A stretch of 64,000 nt of DNA from positions 1,860,001-1,924,000 of the forward strand of contig OZ287070.1 of assembly GCA_965645245.1 (NCBI GenBank), given 5' to 3'. Source of the stretch: Massalongia carnosa (lineage: Eukaryota). The stretch's first letter is position 1, and the number at the start of each line of letters is the position of its first letter. The notes beneath the pieces are model-generated. The model made no database searches. It saw nothing but the letters and a program-made list of their open reading frames with translations, and had not been told where the DNA came from. Shown here in pieces: positions 24,811-37,438 of the stretch. Made by a program: the position numbers and the translations under genes.

Positions 24811-25879
24811 TCACCAATGCAGCCTTTTCCGCTTCCTCTTCCTCCTCCTCTCCTCGTTTACAATCTTTAGCAGGTGCTCCTTGGCGTTCCGCCACGTCCA
24901 CCCTTCTTCGCGCAGCAACTCCCACATGTCCTCGATCCGCTGCTTGGCTTGCATCCCCCCCACAAAGGTTTTTACGACGCGCGCCTCGTATGCCCGCAGC
25001 GCATTCGCGATGGCTTTCTGTCCGTACGCCACGTACTCTTCGAGCGTGGTGTTTTTGTCTTGGGGCTCTAGACCGATCTCGTTGTTCGAGCATCTCTCCG
25101 TTTGGACTTCTGCGGAGTCGGCGGTGACGATGCTGGATTCGCGCGGCGTACCTTGCGAAGGTCCCTTGAACGCTGATGGAAGAGGTTAGGGAAAGGTGTT
25201 ATTGTGAAGGGGGGTAGGGTCATCTCATCGCTTTACCTGTTGTGTCCCTGTCGTTGTTGTTATTGTTATTAACACTCATGTCCGTAATGGCGAACGAGGC
25301 TGGGCTTGGCCGACCCGACTTTCGGGTGTCTCGCTGTGCTCTTCCTTCCTCTGTAACCCAAAGAGTCTCCGCCTCCCGATTTGCTGTGGCTTCAACAGAT
25401 TGTCCATATTCCTCCTCCAGCCGACAAATTCTCCCGTCCAGCGATCCAACAAGGTCAAGCTCTTGCTTTAGTGCGTTAATTATGCTCTCCAACCGCTTGT
25501 TCTTCAAAGCCATGGAACCGTCCCTATCGGAGGCGTCTTGTTCCAGGAGGGCGATCCGGTCCTTCAATGCGTGATTTTCGGCTTGTAAATGCTCACTGCT
25601 GGCTGCCAAGTCTTTCGTCTGCTCCAACAGAGGTTCTATTCGAGCTATAACGTGAACAGCAGCGTCTGCATTTTGCTCAATTTTCAATACTCGATTCAGA
25701 AGTTCGTTGTATCCCTCCTGTACATGATCGTTTCTGGCAGCGAGATCTTTGGTACGTTCCACCAGCGGGTCGATTTGGGCTGCAGTCTGTGTGGCAGCAT
25801 CGATGCGCTGGAGCAGGGTTTGGTGTTCATCTTTAAGACGTTTAGCCCAAAGCAGCCATTCAGTCTCTAGCGGAGCCAT
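24811..25879 (-). CDS. Hypothetical coiled-coil protein; 2 exons
   Basis: Heptad-rich 219-aa ORF splices (GTAAAG...CATCAG) in frame into the 24811-25170 exon. Confidence 0.65.
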
Positions 25880-26541
25880 GAGAGCTTCTAATAGATATTG
25901 TTAGATAGCAGTAGTTGAGACTACAAGGCGACTATCATAGCTCAACGTGCAAATAAAACGGATTAAACCAAGGGGATTGCAACAAGGTGACTTACTTAGC
26001 AAAGGCTCGGAGAGATAATACAAAGTCTAGGTGTGATGAAACACAAAATTTACCTGAGGTTCAAGGATCACTTACCTTCATATAGATTTCGTGTTGGATA
26101 ATAGCAAAGCAAGATGTTTAGATGTAAACGAATCATTGCTGTATTCCATCAATCTATTCAAGAGCATAATACTGCCGATTCTGCTAATGACTGAGACATT
26201 AAGAAACCTATGATACCAGAGCATTTCCGCCACCGCCATGCCATTGCACCCAGAGTAAAAACGCTTTGGCACGACACGAAAGAAGAGCGAAGTACTTTTT
26301 GTATTAAGAGAAAATGTGGCGTCCCGCGAAAGCATGCCATCATACCCCATTCTGAAAAAAGACGCTACCAGCTTCATCACGACCGTCACCGGTCTCATCT
26401 GAAAACCGCAGTACGTCTAGAAATGCGCATTTTATCACACGAACGAGAGAAATATCGAGTTTGCCGTCACTGCACTGAAAGGTATCGTTGCTCCTACGCC
26501 CAACAACTGTGGAAGTAGTAAGACGGATAGTGTTGCCTGGA

Positions 26542-28060
26542 TTAGATAAGATCTGAGCAACAAGGTCAGTGATATGGGCATCCTGGGCTTGAGTGATGTC
26601 ATCTCACCAGCAACGTTCATCGGCATCTCTTCGATTTGAGTGCTATAAAATTGCTCGATCTCTCTCATCATTCGAACGTCATCAGCGGTAACGAAATTGA
26701 TCGCAACGCCTTTCCGTCCAAAACGACCGCCACGACCAATCCTATGGATATAATTCTCACGATTGGCTGGAAGATCGTAGTTGATGACGAGGGATACCTG
26801 TTGAACATCGATACCACGAGCCAAAAGATCAGTGGCAATCAAGACACGGGACGATCCCGAGCGGAACTCTTTCATAATCAGGTCGCGCTGAGCCATTTCC
26901 ATGTCTCCGTGCATGGCAGAGACGGTGAAATCACGAGCAGTGAGCTTATCCGTGAGCCAGTCAACCTTTCTCCTCGTGTTGCAGAAGATGACAGCTTGTG
27001 TGATAGTAACAGTTTCGTAAAGATCAGAGAGCGTATCCAGCTTCCAGTCTTCTTTCTCAACGGCAATATAGAACTGCTTGATACCCTCAAGGGTAAGCTC
27101 ATCCTTCTTTACCAGAATTCGAACGGGGTCACGCATAAATTTGGTGGTGACCTCGAGGACGTCTTGTGGCATGGTAGCGGATAGGAGAACAACCTGGGTG
27201 GATTGAGGCAATAGCTGGAAGATGTCGTAAATTTGCTCAGTAAAACCACGCTATGAAGAATTAGCTGACCTGAAACAGCATCACGGTATCATCTCAACAT
27301 ACGGAAAGCATCTCGTCAGCTTCATCAAGAACAAACATCTTCATTGAGTCGGTCTTGAGAACACGACGCTGAATCATGTCTTGAACACGCCCAGGAGTAC
27401 CAACAACGACGTGAGGCCCTTCTTGAAGCGCTCTCATATCATCTCTTACGTTGGTGCCTCCGATACATGCATGACAATCAATATTCATGAAGTCGCCAAT
27501 AGCGACAACAACCTTCTGTATTTGTTGCGCCAACTCACGAGTGGGAGCAAGAATCAGTGCTTGACAAGCTTTGATATTGGGGTCAATTTTTTGAAGAACC
27601 GAAATAGAGAATGTTGCGGTTTTCCCTGTACCAGACTGTGCTTGCGCAATGACATCGGACCCTGAAGCTAACATCAGAACACGAGAAATTCAATACTAAA
27701 CCAAAAGTGCGACACACCTTTGATGACTGGTATAATCGCGCGCTGCTGAATCGCAGATGGACGCTCGAAACCATACGCATAGACACCTACCTGGATTCAG
27801 CGACATGGGCTGTGCATACTCTACCCCAAGACAAACCTCGAAGGAGCTCGGCCTTCAAACTCATTGAGTCAAAGGAATCAGTGACTTCATCGTAGTTGGA
27901 CTCGATCATGGCTACAAAAAAATAAGCAAAGTCAGCCTGCATTAAGCAGCAAGAGATGTCAAGCCCCAGACACGATAGGCGGTCTGCAGAACAAAGCCAT
28001 TTGGGAACAAGATCGCATACATTCTGAGATGTCCTCGAGGCCCTTATCAGTCGAAGCCAT
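26542..28060 (-). CDS. TIF1: Translation initiation factor eIF4A (DEAD-box helicase); 6 exons
   Basis: [46 protein letters not shown]-terminal [11 protein letters not shown]. Confidence 0.97.
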
Positions 28061-28561
28061 GATTGCGGCTGGTTTTTCAGGCGATCACGACCTTGAAGGT
28101 TCGCGATCTTGTCAAGTTGGAAAAACTATAGTAGGGTTGACGTTGAGCGTAGCCTGAGGCTGACTGCTTCAACGATAGTTGGGTTTTTCTTTATAGTATT
28201 TTGGATATCAGAGCGCACACGAATGAGCGCTGATCTGATATCGGGAAGTGATGCGTGTTCTTGAAAGTTGTTGTGTTGGTATGGGTTGATGATGAGAAAG
28301 TGGCTTTGTGTGGTGCGAGATGAGAATTTCCGATCCGGCGCTAAAGAACTTTTTTTTGCCGCGCTTCGCGAAAGTATCGCCACTACCGGGTCACGTTACT
28401 TTTGAGCATTTGGTTACGTTTAGTATCGTAAATTTTTACTCGAAGATCTTCAGGCATGAGGCCTAACGCTGGCAGTTGCTAACTCCACATTACAGCCTTA
28501 AGAGTTTTCGGGGTTCACTCTATCAACGTTATTTACATTGTTCTTCTGGCTTCTGAAAGAA

Positions 28562-30409
28562 ATGCCCTTTTGTGAACTGGAAACCCCGAGCACCAAGCAG
28601 CATGGGGCATCCACATGTTGCCTGATTCCCATAAAAGAAGCAAATGGAGATTCACTGAGGCTGTCGGAAGATACGATCCTTAAAGTTCCTCCACATCCAT
28701 TAGGAATTAAGCCAGCAGGCAATGCATACACTGCGCAGGATGACCTGAAGTCCGTGGCCGGCTGTTTTTCACATCTACCAGATGAGCTCGTCGTTCAGGT
28801 CCTCGAGTTTCTGGATTCTACGGCGCTCGTACGATTGGGAGCTACGTGCAAGGCATTATATGCTTTTTGCAGGTTTGACGATCTCTGGAAAACGCTGTTA
28901 GTTGAGTATGTCTATCTTTCTAGTGCTTTGGGTGTCGACAAAGGGCAGATTTTCGCTGTTTTTGGAAAATTTATGAAGCCTTCCAGGCGCGCATTGCTTT
29001 TGACCAAAGAGAACTCGTTTCTGGTTTAAGGAAAGATCTTCTATTGTATAACGTCTTCCTGAGGCGTCCATATAGCATAGAATACAACATCTATTCAACG
29101 TTCCAATTTTCAATTAACATGCTCTTGAGCGATAACAAGAACCTTATAGAAAGAAAAGCATAGCTAAGCAAGTGAAAGTTTTCAGATCTCCACCCTTGAC
29201 CATAACATGGCGCGGAACTTGGTACGCTTCGTATCGTAACCTGCCAAGAACTGAGCTCTCTCAAATCGCCTGTAGAAATCTCTTCTCGGATGTCCTGCAC
29301 CGGCCATTTCTATGTGCTCACAGCCCTTTACACCGTTATGCGGCGAACATTCCCCTTCAAAATGATATCCCACGACTCAAAAACATGTCTGCCGCGGAGT
29401 TCTCCAGCCAGTGGACCAACAAGCCATTCATCCTCACAGAACCCGTGCGGGAATGGCCTGCGTATCGGCAATGGTCTACGGAGGATTTGCTCCTAAAATA
29501 TGGGCAGGCAAAGTTCCGGGCGGAGGCGGTGCATTGGCCTCTCAAGACTTATGTGGAATATATGAACGATAACCACGATGAAAGCCCTCTGTACCTTTTC
29601 GACCGCTCATTTGTCGAAAAGATGAATATCGCAATCGGAAAAGGGCCTGGTTCATCGTACTGGTCACCAGAGTGTTTTGGAGAAGATATTTTTGCCGTAC
29701 TTAGTACGCAAAGACCGGATAGTCGATGGCTGATCATCGGGCCTGAGAGGAGTGGAAGTACGTTTCATAAGGATCCGAATGCTACCAGGTAGGCGTGATT
29801 GCATTCGTACTTATTATAGAATAGGCATTCTGACATTCAAATAGTGCGTGGAATGCGGTGCTTCGGGGGTCGAAATACTGGATCATGTTCCCCAGCTCCG
29901 CCTCTTATCCACTGCCTCCAGGGGTCTTCGTTTCCAAGGACCAAAGCGAGGTGACGAGCCCTCTTAGCATCGCCGAATGGCTGCTGGGTTTTCACGCAGA
30001 GGCGAGGAGAACTTCCGGTTGCATGGAAGGTGTTTGCAATGAAGGAGAAGTGTTGCACGTGCCGTCGGGATGGTGGCATCTTGTCGTGAACCTGAGCTCG
30101 AGTGTAGCCATCACGCAGAATTTCGTGCCGAAGGCACATCTCGTAGATGTTTTAACGTTCTTGAAGGATAAGCCGGATCAAGTTTCGGGTTTTCGGAAGG
30201 ATGTTACGAATCCTTACGAGACGTTTGTGGAAAGGATAAGCGAGCTCTATCCAGACATTTTGCAGGAAGCGTGGATGGAGATGGAGAAGAAAGGTCAAGG
30301 GAAGAAGAGGAAATGGGATCAGATAGTCAGAGGAGATGCAAACCACGAAGGTGGCCTTGGGGAATTCAGTTTCGGATTTGAGAATGAATACGAAGAGGAC
30401 GGTTTATAA
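28562..30409 (+). CDS. F-box + JmjC domain 2-oxoglutarate oxygenase (JMJD6-like); 3 exons
   Basis: F-box LPDELVVQVLEFL; JmjC SPLYLFD, GPERSGSTFHKDPNAT, VPSGWWHLVVNL, AITQNF with HxD...H metal triad intact. Confidence 0.9.
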
Positions 30410-30491
30410 TGACATGGTAATCTTAGATAGAGAGAGGCAGAAAGCTTATCATATAATTTCTCTTATGCTGGCAATCATCCCTATTCCAAAA

Positions 30492-31195
30492 TCAATGACA
30501 TGCCACACTCTTCGTGGAGCTGGTGTTTCCAAACACTAGATGCCCGACGAATGCTCCAACGGCTACAGCAAGCATGACCCATCCGTTGTATGTCATGAAT
30601 AGAAGCCTGAACTAATCAGTCCTTATTCTCTTGTAGAATCGAAATTTAACGCAGGAAGAAAAATCCACCCACATGATGAAAAAGCTGTAAAACACTTGGA
30701 CTGCATAAAACAATGCCTTCACAACCTTAACCTTCTTCTTCGTATCCCCAGCCGTGTTCCCTGACCCAAGCAATAAGCTACGTTCTTCTCTTTCATCGTC
30801 TTACAAGCCATAGCCTTAGCCATTCTAATCTATAGGGAGCTCCTAGGAGGAGAGGGGTTCGAAAGAACCTACTAGGGAGTTTGTTTACATATTCGGCGCT
30901 CGAGATCTCAAAGCGGTGGCTGGCGTCACGCACGAGCTCATAACCGGCAGTAAGAGCAATGACGCCGAGAAGGGAGAGGATTAGGCCGAAGGTCGAGTAG
31001 ACGTGCCATTGCCGGAACACGATACAGAGGTTCGTCGTGTCCCAAGTGAAGAGCATCTGGGCACAGGGGTAAGTAGTTGGACATGGCTAATGGGAAATGG
31101 AGCCATACATTCATATTGCACATTGGACCTTGAGAAGGCATATGCATGCCGCCATGGTCCATTCCACCGTGGCTCATATGGTCGTGGCTGTCCAT
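30492..31195 (-). CDS. Ctr-family copper transporter (small, Ctr2-like); 4 exons
   Basis: His/Met-rich N-terminus, CNMNMLFTW, MxxxM (IMLLFMTYNG), GxxxG, C-terminal CH*. Confidence 0.92.
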
Positions 31196-31444
31196 ATTGA
31201 AGTCTAAAGGTTTGATAGCGGGAGATTTACGATTACTAGGTTTACTTATGTTAAGAAATTCTGAAGCAAATCTTCGCAAAGTTTAGTAGGTAGAATGAAT
31301 AAAATGGGAAGAGAATTTAAGTTCATGGCAGCCTTGTCACCCACTCCGTGAGCACATTTGCGCATCTTTCACCCTCCTAATGCAGTCATCGACGCGCAAT
31401 ACGATATCCTCATAGACTTGTCTGCAATCCGACTACTTTCCCCA

Positions 31445-32269
31445 ATGGCAGAAAACATAGCTCCCACCTCTGCCACCATAGCAGATGCCACACGCGGCGT
31501 ACCCTATTACGAGAAACTGAAGCGCGACCTGCGCGAAACGCTGAACAAAAAACGGCTTCTGGACAAAAATTTGGTAAGAAGCTGGTCACAGTTGCATTGC
31601 ATCTTCAATTCCACCAACCCAACATTTTTCTCCCACAAGCTCTCCCGCCCGCTGACCGTTGACACACCACACGGCAGGCAAGCCTCGAAGACCAGATCTA
31701 TCGCTATGAGTCCTCCTACCTAGAGGAAACAAGCGCAGGGAACATCATCAAAGGCTTCGACAACTATATCAAAGGTGTCACTACGTCTGGGGCAGGGGCT
31801 GGCGCCGCAGCCGGGGGGACGGCGACGAGGAGGAAAAGCATGATCATAGAGCAAGATCGCGTGTTCAGCCGGAGTTCTGCCAGCTTCATGAGGGTAGCCA
31901 CTCCCACCCTCTGGGAAAATCAACCTTATCTACATGGATAAATTCATCTATATATGCATACTAAGCTTAGCTGATCTTTCTAATCTACTCGGTGACAAAC
32001 AGGAAGTCTCCCCCGCCTCCAGCACGCAAACCACCCCGTCACACGCTCCAACCCCGACTTCCAGCCACCCCGTTGCGCCAACCTCGGCGCGGGAGAGCAA
32101 CCATCCGACGCCGACCAGTGCGACAAGCGGGACGAAGGCGGGCGCGCCAGGAGGGACCAAGAAGAATCGAAAGGGTACGGCAGCGGAGAAAGACGATGAA
32201 GAGAGCGAGGGAAAGCAGCCGAAGCGGCTGAAAATCACGTATGCTAGAGGAGGCGCCGGGGGAGAGTGA
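31445..32269 (+). CDS. EAF6: NuA4 histone acetyltransferase subunit Eaf6; 3 exons
   Basis: GVPYYEKLKRDLRETL, LEDQIYRYESSYLEETSAGNIIKGFDNYIKG, DRVFSRSS. Confidence 0.9.
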
Positions 32270-32482
32270 CGTGGGGGAAGTGAGTTAGGGGTCTTGGATG
32301 TGTTTGCTGATTGTCGGCTTAGAGGGAAGGGAAGCTGGACTGGGCGTTTGGGAGATACCCTGGACTTCTACATATAGCGGAAGCACCCTTGTGCTGTGGC
32401 TTTCGGCTACATGACGTGGCCTGGTTCCTCTCTATGGTGTTGCAATCGTGAAAGACTAAAACATTCTTTCACCCGCGTAGAT

Positions 32483-35364
32483 TCACCTCCTTCCCTTCCT
32501 CATCCTCTTCTCTCGCTCATACCCCTTCTTCTCCCTCCCTTCCTCCCCCTGAATCTCCGCCACCAACCGCTTGAATTTCTTCTCGTACTCACCATCCCGC
32601 TCCCGCTTCTCACGCAAGCCCTCCCGCGCCATGAAGTTAGCGTCCTTCCGCAGCTCCCGCAGCGCGCCCTTGCGTTCGCGCTTGTGCTCCGCTTTGAGCT
32701 TACTGCTATCGGCGCGTTCCCGGTCCGGATCGTAGTGCCTACCAGGGGTGTAGCTTTCTTCGAACTTCGGGATCGAGGTTTTGATCGCAAGGGGGCGATG
32801 GGAATGTAGAGCTAAGGGACGGCGAGCGAGGCGAGATTGGTGGAAGAGGGTGGTGAGCGTAGTGAGCGTTTTGGTGGCGAGATGCTGGATTTTCGGAAGT
32901 TAGTGGGAGTTCAAGGGAGAGGTGTAATTCGATTTGTGGCTTACAATTGTTGTAACGGGAAGCTTGGCTGAGTAAGGCGTCCTAGTCAGATGCTGGAGGA
33001 TGCTTACAAAAGGATCAAAGATTTCGCAGAAAGCTGGCTTGTCCGCCCAGATATCGGCCATAAGACTAGTCATTCTAAGGTGGGACTCGATGAGGGCCAC
33101 TTTAAGCTCCTCATCATGAACTTCCGATATAGCATCTGATGGGAGGATGTCGGAAAATTTTAGTTGGCGGTTGACAAACTCAATTTCTTTCCGCGCGCTT
33201 TTTATATGTAATGATGACTTTGGATCATGATAGGGGAAAGAACCTAAAGGAGGATGCCCGGTTGTTGGTGCTAAAGCCCACAGCGTATTGAGGGTGTAAT
33301 TGACCAGCTCCGGAACGTATCTCTTGGATATCCATTGGTATTGAAGGCAAAGGCTCCCAACATAGGTTCCAGTGGCTAGATCGGTTAACGTTTGGGGAAC
33401 TCTTTGGCTCAGATACCGGGTAATACAAAGGGCAGCAGGAGTAACAACTTGATGAAAATGGTCCGATGTTGAAAATATTGACGAAACTGCAGTAAGCAAG
33501 ACCAGATCTCCAGGCATTGGTGCAGTCGGTCGATTTTCATGTATAGATTTAAGATGGGACCGAAAAGAACGACCAATTTCTGTGGAGAAGGTTTTAGCAA
33601 GCGAGTGCAAATGCCGTATCAGAGTCTCGAGCAGAGAGAATGGAGGGCACCGTGTTTGGTTGGCTAAAAATGATATGTGGTCGACAAGGATTGAGGAGAA
33701 AGTTCCGAGTTTTGCCTTGTTGTCGCTGTGCAACTTTGGATGATACAGGGTTCGTATTCTCTGTATGACCGTGGGGATGCCATCGGCTGGGATGTCTTTG
33801 GTGATACGCAGTAGATCTTCGTGGGTCTGAGGACATATGTAGGTATATGCAAGATCACCGTCCTTGCTATGAGTTACGCCTTCGATGTCTGTGGCCGTGG
33901 AGGTTACCAGTCCACCTCTGCCCATATCGCTTTTCGATAATAGCCCATCAACAAATTCTCTATTATTTTCACCAGAAGATTCAGTTTCCAGCTCTGTTCC
34001 TGAATCGCTTTCCCCCGTGCCAATGTCGGATCCAGTGGCCACTATATTATGCTCAATGACGAATTCATCTTCGTCTTCCACACCGAGCTGGCGTACTCTC
34101 TGTTCTTGTGCCGCAAGTCCTGAGCCAAGACCAAAAGTGTCCTGCTCAATCCATTCTAGGTCATCTCCGTGCAACCCCTGCTTTTCATCATTACCATTTT
34201 CATTGTTAGAGTCTTGCACTCCGTTCATTCTTCGAAGTCTCCTCTCCTCCAGCTCTTTCAGCCTTTGCGCCTCATATTGTAGTTTCTCCTCCTCGGTCAT
34301 TGTTCGTTCTGTGGGCTTCGAGCGCTGATCAAAAACCATTTGGCGAAGCCTTTCATCATACTCCTTGTCTGCTCGTGGACGATCCTTTCTATCAAGCAAG
34401 GCAGCCCGGTCAGGATTCATGCCAGAATTGAGCGGTTCTGCCTTTTGCGGCTGGGTAGGCTGTCGTGGAGTTCCCTTTAGCAGAGCAAAGACATCTGGCA
34501 AGCCTTTGTCAAGCTCGGCTCGGAGATCATCATCATCCTCTTTGGCTTTTTGACGCTCATATTTATGGAGCTTAGATTTTGCGATGACTTCGCTCATGAC
34601 CTCTTTCTTTGTCTTAGGCCTTTCGGCTGGCCTTTCCCTGTTCATTACAGGTAAGTCTTCCTCTGAACTTTGACCATCAGAAGTCCTTCGTCTTTTAGAC
34701 GGCCTTTCTCCGTCTGTCTCATCTGAAGACTGGTTATCTGAGACCTCAACGCTCGCTTCCTTGATGCCATTCATTCGACTTGATCTATCAAACGACAAGG
34801 ACTCTCCGAAATGAGTAAGCTGGCCATCATCTTGAGCATCCTCTAAATTAAAAAGCGCACCCCTCTTGTTTCCCTTCTGCTTCTCTTTCACGAAACGCTC
34901 CAAGGCCTTTTCCTCAGGAGTCATGGTTGGGTCGTTCTCTCCAAATCGTCGATCCAGAATGCCACCCACCTTTTTCCTCTGGTGCATCTCGACAAGTAAT
35001 GTTTTACGCCGCTAAACGCAAACAATAAGCCTTGTTATATATTATGACATGAAATGCATTCAAACTACACATTTTCTTCTCCCAAACCCTTGGTAACTCC
35101 TGGCCGACCAACGACGCCCCTAGCCATCTTTCCTCCAACAGTCCAATTGCTGGTAACCTCATGTTTAACTCTAGACGGTGTCCGAACTTCGAAAGGATTG
35201 AACTGCTCTCGAATTTCTCGTAGGGCCGCGTTGCGCTGAATCCTTCCATCTCTTGCAGATCCGTTTTTGCTTGCCTGCTTCTTTTGCTTTTTTGACTTTT
35301 GAGCTCCAACGACACCATGCTCTCGTAAAGACGTCTTAAGCCTCTTTAGTTGCGAGGGAGGCAT
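32483..35364 (-). CDS. NOP14: Nucleolar protein Nop14 (SSU processome); 3 exons
   Basis: MPPSQLKRLK, FNPFE, GGILDRRFGE, KTKKEVMSEVIAKSK, TSDHFHQVVTP, IPKFEESY, ARELRKD. Confidence 0.93.
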
Positions 35365-35534
35365 TCTAATCTCATCGCATTGAGTTTGGGCGAAAGCTTG
35401 TAAGAACGGAATCCTTGAAGAATATATACGAGTATGATATTGACGGCGTTATTTGGAATATGTGCTCCGCAGTAAATAGCTACTATTTTTAAATTAGTTT
35501 AAATTGATAAATAAGCATATCTTTTTCATCAACA

Positions 35535-35621
35535 GCTCGGATGGTCTAGTGGTATGATTCTCGCTTAGGGTCACCTAAGTATGCTTGCGAGAGGTCCTGC
35601 GTTCGAGTCGCAGTTCGAGCC
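35535..35621 (+). tRNA. tRNA-Pro(AGG) with 15-nt intron (35571-35585)
   Basis: Acceptor stem GCTCGGA/TTCGAGC, D-arm GTCTAGTGGTATGAT, anticodon stem CTCGC/GCGAG with AGG at 35567-35569, T-arm CTGCG-TTCGAGT-CGCAG, oligo-T Pol III terminator at about 35630. Confidence 0.96.
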
Positions 35622-35805
35622 AAGATTAGTTTTTGTCTTGTAGATAACTTTGGAATTTATATATTTTTTTGTGTTCATACAAGGCGGGATAGTTCTAATG
35701 ATAAATATACCGTCATATTCACATATGTTTTGCCGGTTTTAACTAATTCTGGCTTAACTTCTTAACATACAAATCTTTCAGAGCTTTAACCGCGTTTCCT
35801 AGACC

Positions 35806-37168
35806 ATGAACGATTCTTTGAAAATGGTTTCAAGATTTCAGGATCTCTGGCTATGGACAAGCATAGGTGAGTTATTATCCTGATCACATGAAGTTCTTTT
35901 CGACTCTGATTGCTAACTATCATAGGTGTTTTTGGGTTCTTTGCAGCTCGCAAAGCCCTCGCTCAGCTCCATGCGATGCGTGCCATCTCGAAGGTTATTG
36001 AGGACTTCAATAAACAGCCGGATAATTTCGAGAAATCAGTTCAAGATGGTTCGATACTGCCGCAAGGTTACGGGAAATATAGGATACTAAGTCCGTTGAA
36101 GCACTTAAGCTAAAGACATTATGGATGCTCACCAAAAGCCCAAACGAGAGTATTCGTTCAGCGTGAGTGCGAATTTACTACTCTACTATCACATCCACTG
36201 ATTACCCTCTAGTGCAGTGAACATTATCACCGATCGGTCTGCGCAAGGGGCGACATATGACCTCATTTTGGAAGACATAGCCGGGCAGGATCCATACCGT
36301 CGAGACAAGGCTCTCGTATGTCTTAAGTTTCTCTTCGTCAATGGTACGTTTCTTACCTCCGCATTATATTTGCAGCAATGCTAGATAGCCAATCATGTCA
36401 GGTGGAAGATTGCCGGACAGCCTGTATTACACATACAAAGCCCTTGTTGGCTGTCTCCTTAATTTGCACCCTGAAGTGGTCGAGTTTGAGACCACTTACC
36501 GCTTCACCGCTGAGACTACTCGCCACCAGAAGTGGCAAGACAGGGAAAGGCGCAGTCAACATTGCCGTGATGCCTTAGAAATGCTTGCAGGCCTTATAGA
36601 TTATCCTAATCAAGACGCTGTCCGTGCAGTCATCATACCTTGGCTTGCACATTACCCATTTGGTGGTCAAACCTCATTTGAAGTCAAGAAAAAAATTTTC
36701 AAGGAAATCACAGCAGGCTGCTATGGAGATTCAGCCATGTTCAAGATTGCCCTTTGGGCCATGGACGACGCTGAGTCTCGAGAGCAGTTGATTCAACACG
36801 ATTTAGTGGACAGAGTGAAGCAAGAGTCTGGGGAAGATGGTGACGAGGTTATAGTTCCATCCCCGCTCCGACCTCGGGATTCCAGAGACTCGGAAATTAT
36901 GCCGGAACTCAGGGGAGGCCAACGTGTAAGAGAGGAGAGTTTTGAGGAGCAGGCGCTGCGGAGACGCAGGCGTGAAGCCATGGTTCTTGGAGAGCATGGT
37001 AGGCCTATCGAGAGATCCGACATCATCGAGCGGCAAGACAGCGCTCAAATCGGAGCCTGGGATCAAGAGATGGAGGTACTGCCGAATGAGACTCAAGACG
37101 AAGAAACCGCTATTCCAGGGGGACATGGGGGCTGGCGTACATGGGTGTTTTCCTTTGTTGGATCATAA
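35806..37168 (+). CDS. Fungal hypothetical protein with N-terminal hydrophobic segment; about 5 exons
   Basis: Exons join by GT-AG introns (MNDSL..SIG|VFGFF..QD|ALKLKTL..SA|AVNIITDR..|..). Contains the EEQALRRRRREAMVL segment that I recall from filamentous-fungal homologues (not verified). Confidence 0.7.
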
Positions 37169-37438
37169 GGAGCCCATCTAGTGTTGATCGGTGGCTAAGG
37201 TGTTCTAGAATGCTTAGAATTGAGCATCTTGACGTCCGACCTGCAAATGGGATTCCTTTAGCTGGATTGCACTTTGATTGGTGGATTTTTGTGTTCGAGA
37301 CGTTTTATGATACCCTGGCATCATTCTTGATCTGCATTGATTAGCACCGTGAGCAAGCGTCTCAATAGATACTTTTTCATAGGTAGCTTTATTAACAGAT
37401 ATTTATTAAAGGGAACTGTAAGTTTAAACCAAGTTCTA

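Noticed and set aside
26030..26060. GTGATGA...CTGA on the + strand
   Set aside because: Only about 25 nt apart, too short for a snoRNA; the minus strand here reads as splice donors (GTAAGT, GTAAAT) of UTR introns.
26636..27184. Long antisense ORFs over eIF4A (also over CPA2, DPP5, BRR2 and the PWI gene)
   Set aside because: Shadow ORFs expected from codon bias; no independent motifs.
36048..36113. Apparent frameshifts or premature stops in several genes (e.g. the 35806 gene, ORC3, amidase)
   Set aside because: All are resolved by canonical GT-AG introns with branch sites; no recoding or pseudogenisation is needed.
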